DNA of 64,000 nt from a virus, in the UHGV virus genome UHGV-0125199. One strand, 5' to 3'. The position numbers and the translations under genes were made by a program. This document shows positions 39,544 to 49,944 of this stretch, piece by piece. The notes under the pieces were generated by a model that saw nothing but the letters and a program-made list of their open reading frames with translations, was not told the DNA's origin and did no database searches. The stretch's first letter is position 1. Every line of letters starts with the position of its first letter.

Positions 39544-40578
39544 GTGAGATTATTGAGTGAAGAAATTGCAAAGCGTTCAGAGGACATAACTGATGAGATT
39601 TGGAATCAGGTTAATGAATTCAATAGAGAAATGGTTCAGGATTATCTTGATAATCAAACTGACCTTTCACTAAAGACTCGTCCGGCGTATCGCTCTGGAT
39701 TAAGAGTCTTTTTTGTATATGTAAAAGATCACTTGAACAATAAAGATTTTACACAAATAAAGAAAAAAGAATTTCAAAAATATCTTAATTGGTTGACTAA
39801 TAGAGGTTTATCTGATTCAGCAATTAAATTTAAAAAATCATGTGTAAGTGCATTTTGTAATTATATAATGTTAATGTATGAAGAAGAATATCCTACATTC
39901 AGAAATTTTACTGTTGGATTAAAAGTAGTACAAACAGGATATGTTCATGAGAAAAACCCGCTGACACCGGAAGAATATTTAATGCTATGTAAAGAATTAG
40001 AAAAACGTGAAGAATGGCAAAAATTAGCATATTTAGTTTTTTCTTATAGCACAGGATGTAGACGAGCTGAGGCACGTCAACTTTTGAAAGAAGTTGTTGA
40101 GTATAAACCAAAAGAGAAAGAAACAAAAATTAAAGGTGAAGATGGTGTAGAGCATGTTGCAATTTCTCGCCAATACTTAACACATACAATTAGATGTAAA
40201 GGCGCATCGTTGGTTGGAAAACAACGTAAACTAAAATTCGGAGAAGATGCTATGTATTGGTTAAAAAAATGGATTGAAGCGCGAGGAGAAGATGAATGTC
40301 CTTATATGTTTGTTGTAAAACAAAGAAATGGAGAAACTCGTCAAGTTGGCGAGAATACGTTTAATGATTGGTGTAGTGGACTATTTACAGAAATAGTAGG
40401 TAGACGCGTACATCCGCACCTGTTTCGAGAAAGTCGCGCAACTAATCTAGTAGTTTACGAAAATAAATCTCCAGAAGTTGCTCAAAAACTTTTAGGACAT
40501 AACGATGTTAGTACAACTACAAATCATTACATAATCAGAAATGATGATTTTGACGAGTCTGATGAAGCATTCATCTAA
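39544..40578 (+). CDS. tyrosine recombinase (XerC/D / phage integrase family), GTG start
   Basis: 'CRRAEARQL' (Arg), 'HPHLFRESRAT' (HxxR), 'LGHNDVSTTTNHYI' (Tyr). Confidence 0.7.
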   Translation: MRLLSEEIAKRSEDITDEIWNQVNEFNREMVQDYLDNQTDLSLKTRPAYRSGLRVFFVYVKDHLNNKDFTQIKKKEFQKYLNWLTNRGLSDSAIKFKKSCVSAFCNYIMLMYEEEYPTFRNFTVGLKVVQTGYVHEKNPLTPEEYLMLCKELEKREEWQKLAYLVFSYSTGCRRAEARQLLKEVVEYKPKEKETKIKGEDGVEHVAISRQYLTHTIRCKGASLVGKQRKLKFGEDAMYWLKKWIEARGEDECPYMFVVKQRNGETRQVGENTFNDWCSGLFTEIVGRRVHPHLFRESRATNLVVYENKSPEVAQKLLGHNDVSTTTNHYIIRNDDFDESDEAFI

Positions 40579-40669
40579 CCATCTTTAATTTCCCATAATT
40601 TACCAGATCAATACTCTTCTATTCTGTGTTATACTGTTTCCGAGAATCATAGCACCGGAGGTTTATAGA

Positions 40670-41020
40670 ATGGAAAGACTGGTAAAAACAGGATACGTCA
40701 AAATGATTGCAATTGATGTTCATGATTTGGAGTCAAAAATCTTAGATGAACGGAATACAAATTTTCTGTGTGATATAGAAAATTTTCAGAATAAGTATTC
40801 TAATATATCTACAGTAAAATGTGTGTACATACATATGGACGATAATTATGATATCACTTTCTTAGATTATAAGAAAGTCCATCCACATATACATCCATTT
40901 GATTATATGAGAGACATCGTCAAAAAGCATGATGGAAAGTTAATCAAGGGAAGTGATTATTTGCGGATCACACACGAAGATGATTATGTAGAATTAATCG
41001 AAATAGATTTGAGAGATTAA
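40670..41020 (+). CDS. hypothetical protein (116 aa)
   Basis: ORF with RBS. Confidence 0.4.
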   Translation: MERLVKTGYVKMIAIDVHDLESKILDERNTNFLCDIENFQNKYSNISTVKCVYIHMDDNYDITFLDYKKVHPHIHPFDYMRDIVKKHDGKLIKGSDYLRITHEDDYVELIEIDLRD

Positions 41021-41044
41021 TGGAGAGCTGTGCTGCTCTCCTAT

Positions 41045-41116
41045 TTTTGTATTTGGCTCCATGGTCAAGAGGCTAAGACATCGCCCCTTCACGGAGGTAA
41101 CACTGGTTCAATTCCA
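41045..41116 (+). tRNA. tRNA-Glu (anticodon TTC)-like, with G29-A41 mismatch and C33
   Basis: acceptor GGCTCCA/TGGAGTC, loop CCTTCAC, 'GGAGGTAACACTGGTTCAATTCCAGT' closely parallels bacterial tRNA-Glu. Confidence 0.55.
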
Positions 41117-41203
41117 GTTGGAGTCATTATTATATTCCGGCTTTCAAAAGAAATGCCGGTTTCATATCGGCAGAAAATAGAAAAAAGAAAGCGAGGGAAA
41201 ATA

Positions 41204-42121
41204 ATGGTAACATTACAGAAAATTGGTGGTGACATGAATCGTAATGTATTAGAGATTACTGGATTATCTACAGACGAAAAACCTGTTGAATTTATCGAAA
41301 CAACATACATTACCAATGGAAGCACATATGAAGAAATTGATACTGGTACAGTGTATAAATATAACGAATCTGGCAAGAAATGGATAGAGCAACCTGCAAT
41401 TGGTGGTTCAGGCGGAAATATTTCTCTTGATTATACTGCATTAACAAATAAGCCACAAATTTCCGGAATTGAATTAACTGGAAATAAAACCTTGGATGAT
41501 CTTGGTATTCAGAAAAAAGGTACTTATATTACAAAAGAAACTGATCCAACTGTACCGGCATGGGCGAAAACTGAAGCAAAACCGACATATACCGCAGACG
41601 AAGTTGGAGCCTTACCAAAAACTACGACTACACTTCCAAATCCTAAAAAGATTAAATTTACAGGTGCAGTAACAGATGAGTATGACGGTTCTGTCGAAAA
41701 AACAATTAACATTCCGACAGGAAGTTCTTATACTCTTCCACAGGCAACTGATCAGGTTCTTGGTGGTGTGAAAGCAAAAGCAAAGACAAACGAAACCGTA
41801 GAAGTTGCAATTGATACTACAACAGGCAAATTATTCGTCCCGGCTTATCCAACTGGTGCAGGAGCTGAACTTGACAAAACACTTGCTGTGGAAGGAAAAG
41901 CTGCGGATGCAAAAGCTGTTGGAGATGCATTGAAAACTAAGATTGGATCCGATGCTCTTGCACCATATATGAAGACAGTTGATGCAGATAAAAAGTATGC
42001 ATTAAAAACTGAATTACCACAAAAGGGAGTTGCTGTCGCAGACGCTGGAGATGCAGATGTCAAAGATAAATTAAATGCTTTGTTGGCAAGTCTCAGAACT
42101 GCTGGGATTATTGCTCAGTAA
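41204..42121 (+). CDS. tail-fiber-like structural protein (306 aa from ATG at 41204; track ORF 41030 start is an artefactual extension across the tRNA)
   Basis: RBS GCGAGGGAAAATA-ATG; C-terminal 'YTLPQATDQVLGGVK...LNALLASLRTAGIIAQ' shared with 55411..55818. Confidence 0.5.
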   Translation: MVTLQKIGGDMNRNVLEITGLSTDEKPVEFIETTYITNGSTYEEIDTGTVYKYNESGKKWIEQPAIGGSGGNISLDYTALTNKPQISGIELTGNKTLDDLGIQKKGTYITKETDPTVPAWAKTEAKPTYTADEVGALPKTTTTLPNPKKIKFTGAVTDEYDGSVEKTINIPTGSSYTLPQATDQVLGGVKAKAKTNETVEVAIDTTTGKLFVPAYPTGAGAELDKTLAVEGKAADAKAVGDALKTKIGSDALAPYMKTVDADKKYALKTELPQKGVAVADAGDADVKDKLNALLASLRTAGIIAQ

Positions 42122-42135
42122 ATATGTATAAAACA

Positions 42136-42162
42136 GGACGGTGCTACTGCCGTCCTATTATG
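42136..42162 (+). terminator. hairpin terminator (GGACGG-TGCTACT-GCCGTCC) after fiber-like gene
   Basis: 6-7 bp GC stem followed by TATTAT. Confidence 0.4.
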
Positions 42163-42231
42163 CTTGGATAGTTTAATGGAAAACGATTGACTTGTAATCA
42201 ATTGTTCCCAGTTCAAATCTGGGTCTGAGCT
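42162..42231 (+). tRNA. tRNA-Thr (anticodon TGT)
   Basis: acceptor GCTTGGA/TCTGAGC (two G-U), U8A9, D GTTT/AAAC, anticodon stem ATTGA/TCAAT loop CTTGTAA, T-arm CCCAG-TTCAAAT-CTGGG. Confidence 0.55.
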
Positions 42232-42272
42232 TTTATTGATATATAAATTAGTTGAGAAAGAAGGGATAAATT

Positions 42273-43313
42273 TTGTCAGAAGAAAAATCAACAAGAAGTC
42301 TAACGATAACAACACCAAAAGACACGACCTCTGTTAAAAAAATACGATATTCCAAAACAGATGAACCAGATTTTTATAAATGTACAGTTTGTGGGACACC
42401 GTATAAAAACTTAGATGGCAATTTTCCTGCATCTCAAAGCGAATTATACTCTGGATGGGATTATCATATTTCAACATGTAGAAAATGTCTTGACAGATTG
42501 TTTGAACATTATACCGAAGCTTATGGTGGAGATGAAGATATGGCAATACGTATAATTTGTCAAAAATATGATATTTATTACGATGTAAGCCTATTAAACG
42601 CAAGTAGAAAAATTACAAAAACAAGATCTCGAATCCATAATTACATTTCGAAATCTAACTTACGACAGTATGCGGGAAAAACTTTTGATACAACATTAGA
42701 TGAAGAAAGAAAGGGCAATGTAATTGAAAACATTGATGATTTAAAAGAAAATAAATCAAAAATAAGAATAAAGACTGTAAAATTTTGGGGAACAGGTTTT
42801 ACAGATGATGACTATGATTATTTGCAAGAGCAATATGACGATTGGACAAGTCGTCATGAGTGTAAAACTAAAACACAAGAAGAAGTATTTAAAAGAATTT
42901 GTTTCAAACAGCTAGAGATACTAAAAACCACTCGTGCAGGAAAAGATACAAAAGAACTTGATAAAACATTTCAAAATTATCTTGATACAGCTAATCTAAA
43001 ACCATGTCAGAACACGAATGCATTATCAGATGCACAAACTCTTGGAACGTTAATCCAAAAATGGGAAAATGAAAAACCTCTTCCGGATATTGATCCAGAA
43101 TTAGAAGACGTAGATAAAATTGGATTATATATCGATGTATTTTTCAAAGGTCATTTAGCAAAAATGATGGGATTAAAAAATGGATTATCTAATTTGTATA
43201 ATAAATTTATGAAAAAATATACCGTTGAAAAACCAGAATATAAAGATGACGAAAATAATGAAGCACTTTTTGATGCTATTTTCGGAAATGATGAGAAATT
43301 TGAGGATTTTTAA
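42273..43313 (+). CDS. putative terminase small subunit / DNA-binding packaging protein (by position; Zn-ribbon 'CTVCG...CRKC')
   Basis: immediately precedes terminase large subunit exon 1, stop adjacent to its ATG. Confidence 0.35.
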   Translation: MSEEKSTRSLTITTPKDTTSVKKIRYSKTDEPDFYKCTVCGTPYKNLDGNFPASQSELYSGWDYHISTCRKCLDRLFEHYTEAYGGDEDMAIRIICQKYDIYYDVSLLNASRKITKTRSRIHNYISKSNLRQYAGKTFDTTLDEERKGNVIENIDDLKENKSKIRIKTVKFWGTGFTDDDYDYLQEQYDDWTSRHECKTKTQEEVFKRICFKQLEILKTTRAGKDTKELDKTFQNYLDTANLKPCQNTNALSDAQTLGTLIQKWENEKPLPDIDPELEDVDKIGLYIDVFFKGHLAKMMGLKNGLSNLYNKFMKKYTVEKPEYKDDENNEALFDAIFGNDEKFEDF

Positions 43314-43538
43314 ATGGCTACATTGAGAAAAATGACAGAACAAGAAGTTGCAAATGAGAAAGCAGAAAGGTTAATGAACGGTATTGCTTATTGGGCAGCT
43401 TTTTACAGAAAAAACCCACAACGTTTTTGTAAAGATTATTTAAATATAACTCTCAAATTATTCCAAAAGATATTGCTATATGCAATGATGTGCAATAATT
43501 ATTTTATGTATATTGCCTCTCGTGGACAGGGTTTGTAA
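43314..43538 (+). CDS. terminase large subunit, exon 1 (N-terminus up to Walker A 'ASRGQG')
   Basis: '[35 protein letters not shown]...IASRGQG' typical TerL N-terminus; ORF stops right inside the expected G-K-S/T of Walker A. Confidence 0.6.
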   Translation: MATLRKMTEQEVANEKAERLMNGIAYWAAFYRKNPQRFCKDYLNITLKLFQKILLYAMMCNNYFMYIASRGQGL

Positions 43539-44530
43539 AAATATCACGAGTGGAGGAAATAACAAATGAGTAAATATGTTTACAATAAAGATTATTTCGA
43601 AAAAATTAACACATCAGAAAAAGCATATTGGCTAGGTTTTTTATATGCAGATGGATGTATTACAAGATTTTATAAGGGAGAAGTATTAAAATCTATGTCT
43701 TTAGAAATTACTTTAAAAGACGCAGATTGTGAACATCTTATTAAATTTAAAAACGCTTTAGAAAGTAATATTCCTATTCAACATAGAATTATTACCGGGA
43801 AATATAAAGCAGATAGAATAGTTGTTAATTGCACAAAAATATGTAATGATTTAATCAAATTAGGTTGTACTCCGACTAAAAGTCTAACATTAGAATTTCC
43901 TATAAAAGATATAATACCTCAAGATTTTATAAGAGACTTTATTAGAGGTTATTTTGATGGAGATGGTGGTGTATCTTATACTGAAGGTAAATATTATAAT
44001 AATGCTAGAAAAAAATATTACAAACAGCATCACTATCGATGCTATTTTTGTGGAAACATACAATTTTTAACTGAATTAAAAAAAATATTGAATTCTAATG
44101 GAATTAAAACATCTGATCTAAAAAAAGACAATAGAAGTAATGCAATTAATATTTATATATATGGAAGAGAAAATATAGAGAAATTTAAAAATTATATATA
44201 TACAGAGGGGTGTGTGAACTTATCAAGAAAATTTGATAAGTTCTTTTTTATTTCCCACAATAGCGATCTTCATATAAATAGATAACGCCATGTTTAGCCC
44301 TGTCTAAATTGGGGAAAATCGGTGAAGACTAAATTTATTTAAAATATAAAATAAATATGTTAATACCGAGATAACTTAATAGATTTCGTAAGGCTATTAA
44401 GCATTGTAGAGAGTAGAGATTGAATAAATATAATATCTCCAAGAGTCCCCAACTACATTATTGTAGAAAATGTACTCCAAGCTGAGTTGGAAATGACCAA
44501 CTGATGAAAATGAAGGAAACTTCCAGAGCA
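43536..44530 (+). mobile_element. ~1-kb intervening sequence in terminase large subunit gene carrying a LAGLIDADG homing endonuclease ORF (probable group I intron)
   Basis: TerL reading frame resumes at ~44531 (in-frame '...DKKPMVNNILKTWLTALF...'); HE ORF free-standing with own RBS. Confidence 0.55.
43566..44285 (+). CDS. LAGLIDADG-family homing endonuclease (two-motif, single-chain)
   Basis: 'AYWLGFLYADGCI' and 'FIRGYFDGDGGV' LAGLIDADG motifs. Confidence 0.75.
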   Translation: MSKYVYNKDYFEKINTSEKAYWLGFLYADGCITRFYKGEVLKSMSLEITLKDADCEHLIKFKNALESNIPIQHRIITGKYKADRIVVNCTKICNDLIKLGCTPTKSLTLEFPIKDIIPQDFIRDFIRGYFDGDGGVSYTEGKYYNNARKKYYKQHHYRCYFCGNIQFLTELKKILNSNGIKTSDLKKDNRSNAINIYIYGRENIEKFKNYIYTEGCVNLSRKFDKFFFISHNSDLHINR

Positions 44531-46096
44531 TAGGATAAAAAACCTATGGTTAATAACATACTGAAAACATGGCTTACTGCTCTATTCTGCGTCGTTCGTT
44601 GCATATTATTCCCAGGAAGCAAGATATGCATTGCTTCTTCAACAAGACCACAAGCGAATCAAGTCCTTTTGAAAATAACCGATGATTTTTGTAAAAACTA
44701 TGGATGGGGTTCAGATAATTTGAATAATGAAATAGGGTACAAATCAGTTGGTGCGAATAATGCGGTGATTGAATTTAAAAATGGGTCATGGATAAGAGTT
44801 GTAACTGCATCTGACAGTGGACGAGGCGCACGTGCAAATATTCTAATTGTAGACGAATTTCGTATGGTTGATTTAAATGTTATTAATACTGTTCTTAGAA
44901 AATTCTTAACAGCTCCGCGCACCCCAGGATATTTAAATATAAAAAAATATTCTCATCTAACTGAGCGTAATAAAGAAATATTTATGTCCAGCGCATGGTA
45001 TAAATCTCATTGGTCATTTGAAAAAGCGAAAGCATATGTCGTGAATTTTTTAGATAATAGTAAAAAATATTTTATTTGCGGACTACCGTATCAAATAGCA
45101 ATCAAAGAAAATTTATTATCAAAAGAACAGGTTGAAGATGAATTTTCTGAGCAAGACTTTGATCAAACATCTTTTGATATGGAGATGGGATGTTTATGGT
45201 TTGGTGATACGGACGGTTCGTTTTTTACATTTGATGATTTATCTAAATGTAGAAAAATAAAAACACCGATGGAGACACATTTTTTCAAAAATAAAAAAAT
45301 ACCAGACTTAGCCCTTAATGAAAAAAGAATTATGTCTGTAGATATTGCATTAATGGGTTCTAGTAAATCAAAGAATAATGATGCAAGTTCAATTTTAATT
45401 AATAGTGCTCTTCCAACAGAAAGCAATGAGTACATTTCAAATATTGTATTCTTAGAAAATCATGAAGGACTTACAACTGACGAATTAGGAATTATTGTCA
45501 TGAGATTGTTCTATAGGTATAAATGTACAGATTTGGTAATCGATACAAATGGAGCCGGTTTAGGTGTATATGATTTTATTATAAAGAATCAGTTAGATCA
45601 AGAAACAGGTGATGTGTATAAAGCTCTTACTTGTTGTAATGATAAAGACATGGCAGAAAGATGTAAAGTCGAATCGGCAAATCCATGTATATGGTCGATA
45701 AAAGCCAATGCTGCTTTTAATAACGAGATGTGTGTTATGCTTCGTGCAGGAATACAAAATGGGAAGATCAATCTTCTTGTATCAGAATTTGAAGCAGAGG
45801 AAATATTAAGAGACAAGATTAAGTCATATTCAAAGATGCAATCTTTTGAACAATTAAAATATAAAACACCATATATTCAAACAACATTGCTGATATATGA
45901 ACTCATAAATTTACAGCATAAGATAGAAGGAACAAACATTAAAATAAAGGAAAAATCTGGTATGAGAAAAGATAGATATAGTTCTTTGGGATATAATTAT
46001 CACATATTAAGAACATTAGAAAAAAATCTTAACACAGATTCTTATTCTTCAGATTTTTCAAATTTTACCCCATGTATTTCTTCTATATCATTTTAG
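44531..46096 (+). CDS. terminase large subunit, exon 2 (Walker B + nuclease domain)
   Basis: 'ANILIVDEFRMV' Walker B; length and position; follows exon 1. Confidence 0.6.
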
Positions 46097-46111
46097 AAAG
46101 GACGGTGAATA

Positions 46112-47797
46112 ATGTCAGATAATATTAACGAATCACAAGTTGATGACATTAAAAACTATAAAATATCTTTCGCATCAGATATTAAAGACAGCATCAGTTC
46201 TGACGATGAAACCGTCATTGTATCAGGATTTGATGTTCAGCTATCAGAACAAGAGACAAATTGGATGCGCGACGCATTGCAGAGATTTGACAAAGGTGGA
46301 AGTCAATATTCTGTTGTGTTAAACGAAGAATCATCATCCGGAACAGCAAAAACCACAACATTAGATGATATTGATGATTTAGCTTTTAACGCGCAAAGTG
46401 ATATTTCAAAAATACAAAAAATAAATGCATTAGTACGGCAAGCATCAAATGAAGATGATATAATTGGAAAAGTTCATGAGGCTGTTGAATCAAACCTTAA
46501 TTCTAACGTAAGAATATCTTTTGATACACTCCCATCAGACTATGACGAAGGAATAAAACTCGAAGCAGAATCAGAAATTGAACGTTTTCACAAAGAGATA
46601 AATGTAAATGACATCGTAACTATTGCAATTACTACAACATATGATGAAGGTAATTGTATACAATACTTGAGATCAAAAAAATCTAAAGGTATTTATCATC
46701 ATGTTGTTGATAGATATCCATTAGGAGTTGCTTTAATAAGCGACTATTCTATGAACACAATTCCTTACGTGTTGATTGACACATCCGAGCTAACAAACAG
46801 ACTGCAGAAAACAATGCTAAAAAGCAAAAAGAATAAACCTTTATTTTTCAAAAATACTGCAGAAGAGATCAAAAATAATTATCCAAAAGAAGTTACGAAA
46901 GCTTACACATCGAAAGAAAAATACGCCATTCTTGATGTTCAAAGGACTGGAGTAAATCGATTTGGCAATATGAATCGTAAATATGGAATTTCGCCAGTTT
47001 TTAAAGCGTTGAAGCCTAAAATTATGCTTGATACATTTGATAAAACAGACAATGTTAATGCTAAAGCAAAGGCAAAAAAAATAATTGCCCAATATCTAAA
47101 AAAAGAAGTTTTAGGACAGCGTGGCGAAAAAAAAGGACTTGAGGATATGGCATATGCCCATGATTGCCTTGTACAGGCTTTTAAAAATAAAACTGTGCTG
47201 TATACTCCACCAGGCAGCGTTGAAAAGATTGAGTATGTAGAACCAAAAGTAGAAATGACTAATACAGAAACGATTACACAATATAGGTCTAGGGTTACAT
47301 CTGCATTAGGCATATCATTTTTGAACACTGACGGAAAACAAACTGTAAGCACAGCAAATATTTCTATTAAACAACTCATGAAAACAATTAACAAAATTGC
47401 AGAAAGACAGGAAAAAATTTTGCAACGTTGGTATGAAGTTGTCTTATCTGAAGCAGGTATACCAATAGAGTATTGCCCTACTCCACATATTTTAGATTCA
47501 GAAATGTTAGAGTTTGAAATCAAAAAGGATCTTGTAGAATTCCTATTTTCAAAACTCAATTGCTCATATCAAACAGCGTATGAATTTCTTGGCATGGATT
47601 TTGATAATGAGGTTGTTCGTAGAAAATCCGAAAAAGAGAATGGTTATGATTTAATACTGACTCCTCATCCAACTTCTTACAATACATCTGGCTCAGATGA
47701 AATTGGTGCAGGTCGACCAATGGGAGGAACAAACGAGGATAATGATGTGAATGAGAAAAAACAGGAATATGATAAAAATTATCGAGAATCTAAATAG
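46112..47797 (+). CDS. putative portal protein (561 aa) by synteny
   Basis: directly downstream of terminase large subunit; size typical. Confidence 0.45.
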   Translation: MSDNINESQVDDIKNYKISFASDIKDSISSDDETVIVSGFDVQLSEQETNWMRDALQRFDKGGSQYSVVLNEESSSGTAKTTTLDDIDDLAFNAQSDISKIQKINALVRQASNEDDIIGKVHEAVESNLNSNVRISFDTLPSDYDEGIKLEAESEIERFHKEINVNDIVTIAITTTYDEGNCIQYLRSKKSKGIYHHVVDRYPLGVALISDYSMNTIPYVLIDTSELTNRLQKTMLKSKKNKPLFFKNTAEEIKNNYPKEVTKAYTSKEKYAILDVQRTGVNRFGNMNRKYGISPVFKALKPKIMLDTFDKTDNVNAKAKAKKIIAQYLKKEVLGQRGEKKGLEDMAYAHDCLVQAFKNKTVLYTPPGSVEKIEYVEPKVEMTNTETITQYRSRVTSALGISFLNTDGKQTVSTANISIKQLMKTINKIAERQEKILQRWYEVVLSEAGIPIEYCPTPHILDSEMLEFEIKKDLVEFLFSKLNCSYQTAYEFLGMDFDNEVVRRKSEKENGYDLILTPHPTSYNTSGSDEIGAGRPMGGTNEDNDVNEKKQEYDKNYRESK

Positions 47798-47836
47798 TCA
47801 AATCTAACTTATATTTAAATATATGAAGGTGAAAAA

Positions 47837-49420
47837 ATGGTTAATAAAACAGAAATATTTTCTAGTTCACCTATTTCTATTGCAAGTCATGACAATTATA
47901 AAGAGGCAGTTTTTTTAATTAGCGTCTTAGACCAGCCAGACAGGATAAATCGTATTATACCTGTCGAATCAGGTAAAAAATACCATAAAACAATAATTGG
48001 ATATCCGCTTGTTGCAAAACTAAAAAAAGCAACTTCTGATTTTGGCGGTCATGAAATGAAAATAACAAAAACAAAAAAAGGAAAAAAGTTTTCTTTTGAT
48101 ACATTCCCTATTGGAAGCATCACAGATTCGTGGATTGAAGAACGTGAAGTTGATGGATATGACGGAAAACAAAAATGCATCCTAGCAAAAACCAAATTAT
48201 GGACAAGTAGATTTCCTGAATATTTTAAAGTGTTCGATAAATTATGGGATGATGGAGAATTGTCTTCTTCTTGGGAGATGACGGTAACTGACTCAGAAAA
48301 AGATGGTGACTGCACAATTCTTAAAGTGTTTGAATTTATTGGAAATGCATGTTTGGGAAGACTTAAAACTCCATGCGTTCCAGGCGCTGGTGTCATAGAA
48401 TATGCTGAACTAGAAAAAGATATTGATACAGAATTAGCCGAGGCTTTAGAAAAGGACTTGGTTAATTTAGATATAGAAGAAAATGATGTAAAGGAGGATA
48501 TAGGCTTGGCAGAAAATACAAAAAAGAAAATAGAAAACGAAGAGACAGAAGATACAAAAACTTCTGTCAAAGAGACAGATGATAAAGAAAAAAAGACAGA
48601 AGAAACTGCCTCTTGTGGATCAGATTCTACAAAGAAAAAGACAAAAGTTGCAGAAGAAACAAAAGAGATCTCAGAAGAAAATGCTGAAGTAACAGAAATT
48701 GCATCTCTGACTCAATGGGATCTTGAAAGTAAAATCAGGAAAGCTTGTGACGAAAAAATTGGGAAAAGAGTTTATGGATATGTCGCATTTTGGTTCCCAG
48801 AAGATAATACTGTTTGGTATAAAACAGATGATAGCGAAAACCAACTTGATTACAAATTATTTACATATAAAGTTTCTGGAGATGAAGTTTTTGTTTCTGA
48901 ACCAGTAGACGTTAAGCTTACAGTTGCAGTAAAAGATGTAAATATGGAAATTGCAAGTAAAGATGAAGAGATTGGAAATCTAAAAGCTGAATTAGATATT
49001 AAAAATGATGCTGTGATCAACGCAGGTAAAACAATTAATACCTTAAAAACCAAAATTGCTGAATTGGAACCTTTTAAAGAAAAGGTAGAAAAGGCAGAAC
49101 AAGAAAAAATTGAAGCAGAAATTGCTGAAGAAAAAGATGCTCTTAGATGCAAGATGTTAAAAGGTAATTTGTTTACAGAATCTGAAATTGCCGAAACAGA
49201 AATTGCTGAATTAATTGAATCAAGAAATGTTTCAGAAATCAATAATTTAATTGCTGAAAGATATATTGAGCGCATTGATAATGCTGCAGCAGAAGTCGCA
49301 GAATTCGAGGAAACATCAAATGAAGAGTCTGTCGCAACAGCTAGTTTAGAAACTGATGACATTGCAGATGATTCTGTGTCATTTATGAGCAAATTTTTAA
49401 ATGGTAGAAAACATAATTAA
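47837..49420 (+). CDS. putative head morphogenesis/scaffold protein (N-terminal globular domain + long acidic coiled-coil C-terminus)
   Basis: C-terminal heptad-rich 'EIGNLKAELDIKNDAVINAGKTINTLKTKIAELEPFKEKVEKAEQEKIEAEIAEEK'. Confidence 0.4.
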   Translation: MVNKTEIFSSSPISIASHDNYKEAVFLISVLDQPDRINRIIPVESGKKYHKTIIGYPLVAKLKKATSDFGGHEMKITKTKKGKKFSFDTFPIGSITDSWIEEREVDGYDGKQKCILAKTKLWTSRFPEYFKVFDKLWDDGELSSSWEMTVTDSEKDGDCTILKVFEFIGNACLGRLKTPCVPGAGVIEYAELEKDIDTELAEALEKDLVNLDIEENDVKEDIGLAENTKKKIENEETEDTKTSVKETDDKEKKTEETASCGSDSTKKKTKVAEETKEISEENAEVTEIASLTQWDLESKIRKACDEKIGKRVYGYVAFWFPEDNTVWYKTDDSENQLDYKLFTYKVSGDEVFVSEPVDVKLTVAVKDVNMEIASKDEEIGNLKAELDIKNDAVINAGKTINTLKTKIAELEPFKEKVEKAEQEKIEAEIAEEKDALRCKMLKGNLFTESEIAETEIAELIESRNVSEINNLIAERYIERIDNAAAEVAEFEETSNEESVATASLETDDIADDSVSFMSKFLNGRKHN

Positions 49421-49434
49421 GGAGGATTGGCTAC

Positions 49435-49920
49435 ATGTTAAGAGATATTCGTAGAAATGGCGCACAGCCAAAAGACACAATGCACAAAGCAAAAGTTGCA
49501 ATGGTAACTGGGATGGGTGTAGTAAAAGAAGATACAAAAAATACAAAAGAGGTAAAGTTGCCTACTGCTGAGACAACAACAAATATCTACCTTGTAACAA
49601 AAGAAAGAATTCCTACAGGAATTAATGCAGCAAGACAGGAAATGTCTGATTACGATGATGATTTTACATCAGTAAAAATCGGAGAGTTTGTTGGTCTGGA
49701 AGTCTATACAGATGGAGAAAAATTTGGAACAGACCAGTTTAAGGCTGCTGATTTTGGAGACGAAGCGGAACCAGGATTCGCAATGTCTGTTGGAGCAGAT
49801 GGAAAATGGCAAAAAGCAACAAAAGGAACTTCAAGATATGTATTTGCAGGAACAATGAAAGATAACGGTCATAAACTTGTGCTCGTAGAAGTTGTTGCTG
49901 ATGCAGTATCTGTTGCGTAA
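49435..49920 (+). CDS. hypothetical head protein (161 aa)
   Basis: RBS AGGAGG; between scaffold and capsid genes. Confidence 0.4.
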   Translation: MLRDIRRNGAQPKDTMHKAKVAMVTGMGVVKEDTKNTKEVKLPTAETTTNIYLVTKERIPTGINAARQEMSDYDDDFTSVKIGEFVGLEVYTDGEKFGTDQFKAADFGDEAEPGFAMSVGADGKWQKATKGTSRYVFAGTMKDNGHKLVLVEVVADAVSVA

Positions 49921-49944
49921 ATAAAATAAGGAGGACTTGATAAG

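Noticed and set aside
41030-41203. N-terminal 58 codons of track ORF 41030..42121
   Set aside because: That extension runs straight through a tRNA-Glu gene and has no RBS. The real start is the ATG at 41204, which has an RBS.
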